Source: Opitutia bacterium
GTDB lineage: Bacteria > Verrucomicrobiota > Verrucomicrobiia > Opitutales > Seribacteraceae
Length of the DNA: 57,791 nt
Assembly (NCBI GenBank): GCA_038121045.1
Contig: JAYOMW010000002.1
Coordinates: forward strand, 1-57,791
Direction: 5' to 3'
Shown piece after piece: positions 28,730 to 37,329 of the stretch. A program made the translations under genes and the position numbers. The notes beneath the pieces were generated by a model. It did no database searches. It worked only from the letters and a program-made list of their open reading frames with translations, and had not been told where the DNA came from. Each line of letters opens with the position of its first letter. Position 1 is the stretch's first letter.

Positions 28730-29698
28730 ATGAATATAATTGAATCCATTGGCAGAACTCCCCTCATCGAACTTAACAAGGTTACCGAGGGTTGCGGAGC
28801 CCGAGTTTACCTCAAATCGGAATTTTTCAATCCTTTGGCCAGCGTCAAAGACCGAATCGGAGCCGCCATGATCTCTGCCGCCGAGGAATCCGGTGCATTG
28901 AATCCGGACAGCGTGGTCATTGAGCCCACTTCGGGGAATACCGGGATAGCCTTGGCTTTCGTTTGTGCCGCGAAGGGGTACAAGTGCATTCTCACCATGC
29001 CTGAGACGATGTCCAAGGAAAGACGATTGCTTTTGCGCTTGCTGGGAGCCGAGATCGTGCTGACCCCGGGGCCAAAGGGAATGGGAGGGGCTATCGCCAA
29101 GGCCAATCAGTTAATGGAGGATCATGGAGAGCGGGCCTTCATGCCCCAGCAATTCGACAACCCCGCGAACCCGGCGATTCACCGCAAGACTACGGCGGAG
29201 GAAATTTGGTCGGGAATGGAGGGCCGGGTGGACTGTTTCGTGGCCGGAGTCGGGACGGGAGGTACGATTACCGGGGTTTCCGAAGTGATCAAGGAAAGAA
29301 ACCCGGAAATGCTTGCCGTAGCCGTCGAGCCGGAGGAAAGCCCGGTAATTACGCAGACCAGAAACGGAGAGGAGGTCAAGCCGGCTCCTCATAAAATTCA
29401 GGGAATCGGGGCTGGGTTCGTGCCCAAGAATTTGAATTTGGACATTGTGGACGAAGTTGAACTCGTCAAAAGTGACGATGCCTTTGAAATGGCGAGAAAA
29501 CTGAGTCTCGAAGAGGGAATTCTCGGAGGAATTTCAACCGGAGCCACGGTTACGGCTGCCTTACGGATTGCCCGCAGACCGGAAATGGAAGGAAAGAACG
29601 TCGTCGTCGTTGGAGCCAGTTGCGGAGAGCGTTATCTATCCACTCCTTTGGCCGCCCAAGCCGCGGCCGAGATGATGGATGCGGTAGCCGAGGAATAG
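28730..29698 (+). CDS. cysK: Cysteine synthase A
   Basis: [39 protein letters not shown]. Confidence 0.95.
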   Translation: MNIIESIGRTPLIELNKVTEGCGARVYLKSEFFNPLASVKDRIGAAMISAAEESGALNPDSVVIEPTSGNTGIALAFVCAAKGYKCILTMPETMSKERRLLLRLLGAEIVLTPGPKGMGGAIAKANQLMEDHGERAFMPQQFDNPANPAIHRKTTAEEIWSGMEGRVDCFVAGVGTGGTITGVSEVIKERNPEMLAVAVEPEESPVITQTRNGEEVKPAPHKIQGIGAGFVPKNLNLDIVDEVELVKSDDAFEMARKLSLEEGILGGISTGATVTAALRIARRPEMEGKNVVVVGASCGERYLSTPLAAQAAAEMMDAVAEE

Positions 29699-29832
29699 GG
29701 AGGGTTGACTCGGCTTGATTGCCAAGCGGTCGGTCGTCTGGCTTTCGGGAGAGATTCTGATTCTTCCTTATCGTTCACAGAAATTCATTTTATGCGGCCT
29801 TCGGAAATCGAACTCCTGACCGAAACTTTGTC

Positions 29833-30285
29833 TTGAGGTGCCTTGCGCGCAGAGTTTCTCGGGCTTGCGTTCGCGTGGACAGGCAAGCGATTGGCGAGAT
29901 TGGAAAGGGCTTGTTGGTCTATTTGGGGATTGAGGAGGGGGATCAGAAGGACGATCTGGACTGGGTTCTCAAGAAAATCCTCGGTATCAGGATTTTTGAC
30001 GATTCGGAGGGGAAAATGAACGAGTCCCTGAAGAGGGAAGACGGTATCATGCTAATCAGCCAATTTACCTTGTTCGGGAACCTCAAGAAGGGGTTCCGAC
30101 CTTCCTTCAACCGGGCGGCCGAACCTCTCGTCGCCCGTCGGACGTTTGAAGAATTCAAGAGACGGCTCCAATCGGAATTCGAGGGTACCGTTGCCGTCGG
30201 TTCCTTTGGGGAGCATATGGACATAGAGGCAATTGACGACGGGCCGGTTTCACTTTGGTTGGACTCTAGGCAGCGAGGATACTGA
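29833..30285 (+). CDS. dtd: D-aminoacyl-tRNA deacylase
   Basis: RIFDD.EGKMN, SQFTL, RPSF, DGPV. Confidence 0.9.
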   Translation: MRCLARRVSRACVRVDRQAIGEIGKGLLVYLGIEEGDQKDDLDWVLKKILGIRIFDDSEGKMNESLKREDGIMLISQFTLFGNLKKGFRPSFNRAAEPLVARRTFEEFKRRLQSEFEGTVAVGSFGEHMDIEAIDDGPVSLWLDSRQRGY

Positions 30286-30391
30286 AGCTTCCTGGTGCCT
30301 TGTGGTACTTTTTTCCCGCTCGAGCTTTTTCACATTGCACACCAAGCGTCGCGACGGGTGCCGGAGTGGGAAGGGAAGTTTTACGGAATAC

Positions 30392-30421
30392 TTGCCATTT
30401 GCCTAAAGTTTTCTCTATTAT
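30392..30421 (+). promoter_or_regulatory. Sigma70-type promoter (TTGCCA-18-TATTAT), probably leaderless
   Basis: Same geometry as the gspG promoter; the GTG start at 30428 is 7 nt after the end of the -10. Confidence 0.55.
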
Positions 30422-30427
30422 GTTGAG

Positions 30428-31030
30428 GTGTCTCGAATCAAAGAGTCTATCGTTTTGTCCGGTTTTCTTGCGTTGTGCAGTGCATGCGGACCCGCAAGGG
30501 AAGGAGAAATTGCCCGAATTCATGACTCGTGGAACGCTCGTTTTCATTACGATCTTGAGAAAAGAAGGCTTGTTTCCAGCCATGACCAACGCAAGAGGGG
30601 AAGGACATGGGGAAGAGATGAGTTCGGCAAGGTGGACTTCGACCGGTATTGGTCGGGTAGACCGATACCAAGCCAAAACCTGTTGTCCGAGCACCAAAGG
30701 AGGATGGACTTGTTGCGAGAAGAAAGGTGGTACGCAGCCGAAAGAGAAAGATTGGCTAACCGGGCCGAAGAGATGGAGAGGGAGGCGACCGGCAAGGACG
30801 AAAAGAAAGCCGAGGAGGTCGCGCCCGAACCTGCGGAAGAAGATATGGAGGACTTCGTTCCAGGACCTTTCCTTCCTCAAGGAATCGAACCCGAAAACAA
30901 CCCGAACGAAAACTTGGGAGAAGCTCCTTTTGCGCCCCTCCCTCCGGATCCAAGCCTGCCCCCTGTGGAAGGGGATTTACCGCCCCCGCTTGATTTGGAA
31001 GAACCGCCGCCCCCCTTTCCCCCTCTCTGA
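30428..31030 (+). CDS. Hypothetical lipoprotein with acidic Pro-rich tail (paralog of 35906-36703)
   Basis: CSAC lipobox-like site; WNARFHYDLEKRRL core; PFAPLP/PFPPL tail. Confidence 0.7.
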   Translation: MSRIKESIVLSGFLALCSACGPAREGEIARIHDSWNARFHYDLEKRRLVSSHDQRKRGRTWGRDEFGKVDFDRYWSGRPIPSQNLLSEHQRRMDLLREERWYAAERERLANRAEEMEREATGKDEKKAEEVAPEPAEEDMEDFVPGPFLPQGIEPENNPNENLGEAPFAPLPPDPSLPPVEGDLPPPLDLEEPPPPFPPL

Positions 31031-31039
31031 GCGTTAACC

Positions 31040-31891
31040 GTGAAAGTCCGTAAGTTTTCCTTTGCATTGATCCTCCTTACTTTGGTGTTGAATTCCGTTG
31101 GTGGGTGGAAGGTATTTTCCGAAAAGACGGAAAAGGACCGACTGGAAGCCGAATTGCTCGCCCTCGACAAAAAAAGGGGAGAACTCCGGGAAGCAATCGA
31201 TGAAGCCCAGGGAAAATCCAAGGAAAACATCGCTTTTCTTTCGACTAGAATCGAGACACGGAAGAACGAAGCTTCAGAAAAAGAAACTTTGTTGAAATCC
31301 TTGAGCGATCAACTCGAGGCCAAAACCGCGGCCTTGGGAGCCAATACGGAACGAAAGGATGAGTTAAGTTCCGAAATTCAGGAAACGAAAAAAAAGATTG
31401 CCGAGGTGGAAAAGGAAATCGAGCACTCGCGCAATCGCCTCCTTACTTTTGCCCAGTCTTTGCCGGGCTTGGAAGAAAAAATTTCACAACTGAGGGCGTC
31501 CATCGAAAACGAAAAGCAACGAGAATCGGACGGGAAGAGAAGCCTTCTGACTTACGAATCCACAACCAAAATGTACGTCGAGCACTTCGACGTTACCTTG
31601 GAAGCCCTGCAAAGGTACATGTACGGCAGACCTTGGCTGGAAAAAGGGGAAAAGCTTTCCGTGCCTTACCTTCAATATGATTTTGAAGCCGGTTTTTTGG
31701 GTTTGCCGGTTGGTTTGGAGCACGGAATGGAAATAGGGATGATCTTTTCCGTGCGGGCAAATGGAAAAAAGCTTTGCCGCATCAAGATTAACGAGGTGTC
31801 GCCTAAAAATAGCGTCGGGATGATCATTCCCCTGTTCGGAAATCCCGTCGAGTTAAGAAAGTTCAAAAGCTTTGATCTCGTTCATTTGTAG
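31040..31891 (+). CDS. Membrane-anchored coiled-coil protein with C-terminal beta domain
   Basis: N-terminal TM, long E/K-rich heptad region, GLEHGMEIGMIF motif. Confidence 0.75.
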   Translation: MKVRKFSFALILLTLVLNSVGGWKVFSEKTEKDRLEAELLALDKKRGELREAIDEAQGKSKENIAFLSTRIETRKNEASEKETLLKSLSDQLEAKTAALGANTERKDELSSEIQETKKKIAEVEKEIEHSRNRLLTFAQSLPGLEEKISQLRASIENEKQRESDGKRSLLTYESTTKMYVEHFDVTLEALQRYMYGRPWLEKGEKLSVPYLQYDFEAGFLGLPVGLEHGMEIGMIFSVRANGKKLCRIKINEVSPKNSVGMIIPLFGNPVELRKFKSFDLVHL

Positions 31892-32777
31892 GTTGCTTGC
31901 GTGGTTGGCTACCATTGGCTTGGGCGTGTATTTGATTCTCAGCCCAAGCTCATCCTCTTCGGTTGCCTCGAAGATTCAAGCCGCCGAGCAAGAATTGGCC
32001 GACCTCCAGCTTCAGTTGGAGGCGGACAAGAACAGTTCGGAGAAGGAGGAATTCGAGCTTTCCCGTTCGGCTCAGGAATACAGCGCGAAGATTGAGGAAG
32101 CCACTGCGGAAAGCGAAAAACTCAACGGCGAGATAGCCGGCTTGGCTTCCCGGACGGACCAACTGGATTCAGAGATTTCTGAAAAAAGCAAGGAATTGGA
32201 AGCCCTGAAGGAGGCTTTGGGCAAGGCTCGTTTGCCTCTCGATGAAATCGAGGACCAAAGTCGGCCTCTCATCGAAAAGGAAAGCACCGACAAAGCGACC
32301 ATCAAGACTCTTGAAACGGAGCTGCTTTCCCAAAAGCAAAAAGCGGATGCGGTTTCCGGCGAATTGGCTGTCCTTCAACAGAGGCGAAGCAAGGCGTTGG
32401 AGAATTTCAATTCGTCGAAGGAGAGGCTTTCGGTGGACGTGAAGAAACCCTATCATCTTCACTTTGCGCAGAAGAAGGAAGTGCTCGTGAGAAACAAGGT
32501 TCCTTCTGGAAAGGGGATTTTCATAGATGCCGGTTTCGAAGCCGGATTGCGTGACGGGATGGAGTTTTTGGCCGAGCGAATGAATGACCAAAACGCTTTG
32601 CCCTTTCGCGCCCGGGTCGGATTGTTGCAGGATCGCTACTCTTACTTGGAGTTTGTCTCTCGCAATGATACCGAAGGCTCTCCTCCCTCGTTGGAGCTAA
32701 ACGAAAGAATCTTGCTTACCAGAAGTGGTGAAATCATTCCTTCCGGGGGGCTCGCTGACTCGAATTCAAGCCAATGA
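31872..32777 (+). CDS. Membrane-anchored coiled-coil protein with C-terminal beta domain (paralog of the previous gene)
   Basis: N-terminal TM, coiled coil, GFEAGLRDGMEF motif. Confidence 0.75.
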   Translation: MISFICRLLAWLATIGLGVYLILSPSSSSSVASKIQAAEQELADLQLQLEADKNSSEKEEFELSRSAQEYSAKIEEATAESEKLNGEIAGLASRTDQLDSEISEKSKELEALKEALGKARLPLDEIEDQSRPLIEKESTDKATIKTLETELLSQKQKADAVSGELAVLQQRRSKALENFNSSKERLSVDVKKPYHLHFAQKKEVLVRNKVPSGKGIFIDAGFEAGLRDGMEFLAERMNDQNALPFRARVGLLQDRYSYLEFVSRNDTEGSPPSLELNERILLTRSGEIIPSGGLADSNSSQ

Positions 32778-32882
32778 GAGGAAAAGGATCCTGAATTTAT
32801 GACATCGCTCTTAAAAAGGAATCTTCAATTATTTCTTGCCTGTTCCCTTTAGAATCTTAAGGTTTTGATCATACCCTGAACT

Positions 32883-33491
32883 GTGGACACCTCATCCGAA
32901 GATTTAAACGACCAAGAATTGGCCGATTTGATGGCCGATCCCGAAGTAGAAGACGCCGGGCAAGATTTTGGTGAAGAAGGTGCCGGTATCGTGGAAGGAG
33001 GGATTCCTCCGGAAATCTCGAACGACCCGGTTGTGGATAGCAGCGATGAAATATTGTCCATTGACGATTTTGATGAGTCCGAATCCAATGAACCCTCGCA
33101 AGTCCAAGAAAATTCCCTTGCTCCGGATTCGTCCGTCGAAGCATCCGTAGCGGAACCAGTTGTTTCCGTGTTGCCTGAGCCCGAAGTTACCAATGGTTCG
33201 GTTCCTCATTCGCATGACGAAGGTGATGTTGCGCAATTTCGCAAGAGTTTGGCCAATCTTTCGCGTCAGTTGGAACTCGACCGGCTTGCCCTGTTGCACA
33301 AGAAGCTTTCCGATAATGGTGAAAAACTACCTACTCTCGGTCAAATAGCCGACGATATTTCCGGGGCCAGGCCCCTCACTCCGAATGGAGATTGCGATCA
33401 GTACGGCATGCGATCGACTGCCCGGCTTGACGGTTGGCTTTCGGGGCTTTCTTTTGGGGCGAACAGAAGGGCGAAGAAATTTCCCAAGTAG
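32883..33491 (+). CDS. Hypothetical protein, acidic disordered N-half and helical C-terminal domain
   Basis: Fills the gap between genes, co-oriented with its neighbours; D/E-rich composition. Confidence 0.6.
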   Translation: MDTSSEDLNDQELADLMADPEVEDAGQDFGEEGAGIVEGGIPPEISNDPVVDSSDEILSIDDFDESESNEPSQVQENSLAPDSSVEASVAEPVVSVLPEPEVTNGSVPHSHDEGDVAQFRKSLANLSRQLELDRLALLHKKLSDNGEKLPTLGQIADDISGARPLTPNGDCDQYGMRSTARLDGWLSGLSFGANRRAKKFPK

Positions 33492-33548
33492 AGGAAAGGC
33501 CCCCGTTCTCTCTTTACCGGCTAATCCCCTAAGCAGGGGAGTGGTGCT

Positions 33549-34313
33549 GTGAGCGAAATCCTCAAATTCGATTATTCCTTGGTTGTGCCTGCGTTTAACG
33601 AGGAAAGTCATTTGGATTTTACCCTGAAGGCTCTCCAAAAGTGTATGGAAGCATCAAAGGGATATCGGGGTGAAATAGTCGTTGTTGACAATAACTCCGA
33701 TGATCGAACTGCGGAAATCGCGAAAGCAAGAGGAGTCCGAGTCGTGTTCGAGCCCCATAATCAAATTTCAAAGGCGAGAAATCGGGGCGCCTCCCTAAGC
33801 AAAGGGGAGAATTTGTTTTTCGTTGATGCCGATACGATCGTCTCACCGAGCCTCTTTATTGAAGCCCTGAGTTTGATGAAAGAGGGAACCTGCGGGGGAG
33901 GGGGGGCATTGTTGTCCTTCGACCGCAAGGACGGAGGTTGGTTTTGGGGGTGCTTCGTTCCTTCTGTGTGGAACAAGTTGTCCGGAATTCTTCGGCTTGC
34001 CGCCGGGAGCTTTCTTTTTTGCCGCCGTGATTTTTTCCTCGAGTGCGGAGGGTTTTCGGAAAAGTTATACGCGGGTGAAGAACTCTTTTTTTCAAGGCAG
34101 CTTAAGAAACTGTGCAGAAGAGAGTCCCGCGAGTTCGTCATCTTGAAGGAGAATCCGGTCACTACTTCATCGCGAAAGCTCACTTGGTTTTCCAATTGGC
34201 AAATCCTTTGCTCGACACTGATCGTATTGTGCGTGCCCTTTGCTATTCGGAGCAGGCGATTATGCGGGTTTTGGTACCGACGCCCGGCGGTTCGGACTAG
34301 CGAATCAGGATGA
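33549..34313 (+). CDS. Glycosyltransferase family 2
   Basis: SLVVPAFNEE, VVDNNSDDRT, ARNRGA, FVDADT, TSSRK. Confidence 0.9.
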   Translation: MSEILKFDYSLVVPAFNEESHLDFTLKALQKCMEASKGYRGEIVVVDNNSDDRTAEIAKARGVRVVFEPHNQISKARNRGASLSKGENLFFVDADTIVSPSLFIEALSLMKEGTCGGGGALLSFDRKDGGWFWGCFVPSVWNKLSGILRLAAGSFLFCRRDFFLECGGFSEKLYAGEELFFSRQLKKLCRRESREFVILKENPVTTSSRKLTWFSNWQILCSTLIVLCVPFAIRSRRLCGFWYRRPAVRTSESG

Positions 34314-35303
34314 CTCTTCGAATGGGTAGCGCAGGCCCCAGGTTCTTCTGATTTGGTCCATCAGGTTCATGATTTCCAGACTTTCGTCCAGTGGCATGAT
34401 CTCATTGTCCTTTTTGCCTTCCAACAGAAGTTCTCCGAAAAACTCGGCTTCGTAATTGAAGCCGTTCCCTTCAAAGGGCATCTCCACGGTCCTTGCCTTT
34501 TGGGAAAGGTTGGACGTGACCGTCATCTTTTGAGGTTTCCAACATTGTTTGTGGATTCGAATATTCCCCTCGGTGCCGGATAGAAACGCTTCTTGCCTGG
34601 TTTCCGATTCCAAGGAGGAATGCAGGAGGGCCATGCTTCCGTTGTCATATTTGAGAATGCAGGAGGCTTGTTCGTCTATTCCAGTCGGGCCTTGATGCCA
34701 ATCGGAAACAAACGACTTGGGTTTGCCCATCAGCATCGATGCCAGGGAAATGGGATAAATTCCTATGTCAAGGAGGGATCCTCCGGCAAGGTGCGGGTTG
34801 AAGAGGCGACCTTCCGGTTCTTTTGTTTTGGGTTTGAAACCGAAGTCGGCTTGGAGGGTTCGAACCTCTCCGATTTCTCCGGAAGAGATCGTCTTTCGCA
34901 ATTCTTCCATCAAGGGAGGAAACCTCGACCACATTCCTTCCATCAGCAAAACGTTGTTTTTGCATGCTTGAGCAACCATTTCTTGGGCTTGTCCATGGTT
35001 CACGGCAAAGGGTTTTTCGCACAGCACGGCTTTGCCGTTGTTCATGCAAAGAATTGAATTTTCCGCATGTTGAGTATGGGGAGTCGCTACGTAAACGGCA
35101 TCGATCGACTCGGATTCCGCCATTTGTTGATAATTCTCGAAAGCCAAAGGCACGTTCCATTGCTCCGCAAAGGCTTTGGATCGATCATGATTTCGTGAGG
35201 CGACCCCATGGAGAACACCGTTTGACGTGAATTTCAATCCCTCGGCAAAGGCCCTGGAAATCCTTCCCGTCCCCAAAATTCCCCATTTGATTACGTCGCT
35301 CAT
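34305..35303 (-). CDS. Gfo/Idh/MocA oxidoreductase (dihydrodiol/xylose dehydrogenase-like)
   Basis: WGILGTGRI, ATPH, CEKP, GGSLLDIGIYP. Confidence 0.9.
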   Translation of the reverse strand: MSDVIKWGILGTGRISRAFAEGLKFTSNGVLHGVASRNHDRSKAFAEQWNVPLAFENYQQMAESESIDAVYVATPHTQHAENSILCMNNGKAVLCEKPFAVNHGQAQEMVAQACKNNVLLMEGMWSRFPPLMEELRKTISSGEIGEVRTLQADFGFKPKTKEPEGRLFNPHLAGGSLLDIGIYPISLASMLMGKPKSFVSDWHQGPTGIDEQASCILKYDNGSMALLHSSLESETRQEAFLSGTEGNIRIHKQCWKPQKMTVTSNLSQKARTVEMPFEGNGFNYEAEFFGELLLEGKKDNEIMPLDESLEIMNLMDQIRRTWGLRYPFEESS

Positions 35304-35405
35304 GGAAAAAATTGATATCCTATGGCACCGCTGTTTCAAGGTATAAACAAGAAAATCTCGTGCTCGAGGTTGACGGATTCAATAAGATTGCCGAGTATAA
35401 CAAGG

Positions 35406-35909
35406 ATGATGACTGAGTTGACAAAGCCCCAAAAGCCAAAAAACGAAGCAATTATGGCGGCTGCCTTCTTTGTTTTTTTCATTGGAGGCTGTTCGCTTGA
35501 AGAAGTCGGCACTCAGCCCGTCGATACGAATCTCAGTGACGTTTCGGCCGTGTCTTCTCGTGCCGAGCCATTGCCCATGCCCCAAATGGATTCGATTCAA
35601 TCCGCAGTTCCTCTGGACCGGAAGCAAGTGGACGCTTTGATGGAGGAGAACCTCAAGAAATTCGGAGCTGAATTTTCCAAATCGCTTCCGCAGCCGGACA
35701 AAGTCGATTACGAAAGGCTCAAGTTTCTTTTTCAGCAATCCCTCTTGGATCAGGAGCCGAAGCCGCCTGAAAACAGGTTTCAGTTTTTATGTGACGCGAA
35801 CGAAAGGTGGATTTACCGGTGCAACCTTGTTACCGGAGAAATCGTTTGCTACAGCATGGGTTCCGACTATAAGTTAAAGAGACTCGATACGGTGGAAGGA
35901 GAAAAATGA
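35406..35909 (+). CDS. Hypothetical lipoprotein
   Basis: FFVFFIGGC lipobox-like site; C-terminal RFQF...IYRCNLVTGEI; ATGA coupling to the next gene. Confidence 0.65.
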   Translation: MMTELTKPQKPKNEAIMAAAFFVFFIGGCSLEEVGTQPVDTNLSDVSAVSSRAEPLPMPQMDSIQSAVPLDRKQVDALMEENLKKFGAEFSKSLPQPDKVDYERLKFLFQQSLLDQEPKPPENRFQFLCDANERWIYRCNLVTGEIVCYSMGSDYKLKRLDTVEGEK

Positions 35910-36703
35910 CTACGCACAAATTTGCCCACGACGACAATAATCCGATGAAACCTAAACCTCCGGTTTGTTTTTTTCTCCTTCTTCTCTTGCTTGGTTCCTG
36001 TGACGGCAATCGTTCCGCCCATCAGTACAGGTCCGTTTCACCGGCTTTTGATCGAAAGCCCGTTTCCAAGATTGAGAAAGCATGGATTGCCCGTCACCAA
36101 TATGACCATGAGCGAAGGCTGCTGATCCCGAAATTGGGTGGAGCGAGGTGGGGCGCCGTCCAAGAGTACAAGGAGGATGGTACGATCGAGTTCAAGGACT
36201 GGTGGGAAAGAGACGTCAAAATAGAGGACTTGGAGGCGGCTCCATCCACGGTGCTTTCGGCACCAAAAGGGGAGGAAGGAAAGAACATTCTGCCTCAAGT
36301 TGGGTTCGACCGTCAAATTGTTCCGAGTGAGGATCTCACCCCCTCTTCTCTGACCGAATCCATTCCTGCGACGGGTTTGCCCGAGCCCTCTGGAATTCCT
36401 CCGATTCCAGATGATACGCCTTTTCCCGCACTGCCTGCTTCGGATGATCTCCCTCCCTTGGATGCGGGAATTCCTGCCTTGCCACCCCTTGAATCGAATC
36501 CGGCCGATTCAAGCCCTGCTCCATTTGCTCCGCTCCCTGGATCGCTTCCGGAAGAACTCCCTGAACTCGCTCCCCTCGGTGACTTGCCTCCGGCGGGTGC
36601 ATTGCCAGAGCCCGGGGGACTTCCGCCCATGGAAGAAGGTCAAGTCGAGGAAGGCGACCCATTTCCCGCACTGCCTCCTGACCCCTTCGAGAAATTGCCC
36701 TAG
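35906..36703 (+). CDS. Hypothetical lipoprotein with Pro-rich PF/DPF tail (paralog of 30428-31030)
   Basis: LLGSC lipobox; WIARHQYDHERRLL core; PFPALP twice, PFAPLP, DPF twice. Confidence 0.72.
   Translation: MTTHKFAHDDNNPMKPKPPVCFFLLLLLLGSCDGNRSAHQYRSVSPAFDRKPVSKIEKAWIARHQYDHERRLLIPKLGGARWGAVQEYKEDGTIEFKDWWERDVKIEDLEAAPSTVLSAPKGEEGKNILPQVGFDRQIVPSEDLTPSSLTESIPATGLPEPSGIPPIPDDTPFPALPASDDLPPLDAGIPALPPLESNPADSSPAPFAPLPGSLPEELPELAPLGDLPPAGALPEPGGLPPMEEGQVEEGDPFPALPPDPFEKLP
36422..36676 (+). repeat. 15-bp direct repeat TTTCCCGCACTGCCT within the Pro-rich tail
   Basis: Copies at 36422-36436 and 36662-36676, both encoding FPALP. Confidence 0.8.
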
Positions 36704-36753
36704 TTCTCCTCTTTTGGGAAGAGGTCCGCTTGCCCTTGAACAAGGGGCATGTT

Positions 36754-37131
36754 TCAGTATTCGAGGAACTTGTTTGGCTTGGTTGCAAAAAGAGGGGGCG
36801 GTTCGTATTCGTCCTCGCTCGATTCGATTTTTTCCACCTTTGCCGTCGAGATCTCAGCTCCTTTGGCTTTTTCTTTTTTCACTTCGGGAGACGAAACATT
36901 GGTTCGCTCTCTTGGCAGGACGGTTGGAATGGCGATTTTTTTATCGGCCGCCTGATCCTCCTTCAAGGCGCCAAGGTCTCTCAGCCAAACCCGACTGATC
37001 GGAAACTCGACGTCGTCAGCGATGTAATTTTTGAGGACAGACCAAGTTGTCGGAGAAAAGCAACCTGCTCCCTTGGTCTTGCCACTACCAATTTTACGGG
37101 GTGTCCCGTCTTTGTTCAAAGTTTTCGACAT
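36754..37131 (-). CDS. Small hypothetical protein with basic N-terminus (possibly nucleic-acid binding)
   Basis: MSKTLNKDGTPRKIGSGKTKG...PISRVWL; divergent from the motor operon. Confidence 0.65.
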   Translation of the reverse strand: MSKTLNKDGTPRKIGSGKTKGAGCFSPTTWSVLKNYIADDVEFPISRVWLRDLGALKEDQAADKKIAIPTVLPRERTNVSSPEVKKEKAKGAEISTAKVEKIESSEDEYEPPPLFATKPNKFLEY

Positions 37132-37329
37132 CAGGTTTTTCAATTGATTCCAAAAGTACGCTCTGATCAATTAAAAAATCCTTGAAGCAAATGGATTGGG
37201 CGGGAAAATCGAATGAGTCTCCATTCATGTGAGCTCAATCTTTTCTCCTTACAAATAAATTGCTTAAGATCTTCGAAAAGACTTAAATGGAGGTCTCTAA
37301 CAGAAATTCGCACGGACAGTAATTTAGCT

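Noticed and set aside
30286-30380. Possible structured ncRNA after dtd (TTCCCGCTC/GAGTGGGAA stem, CGTCGCGACG palindrome)
   Set aside because: Stems are short and compatible with chance; no recognisable RNA family motif.
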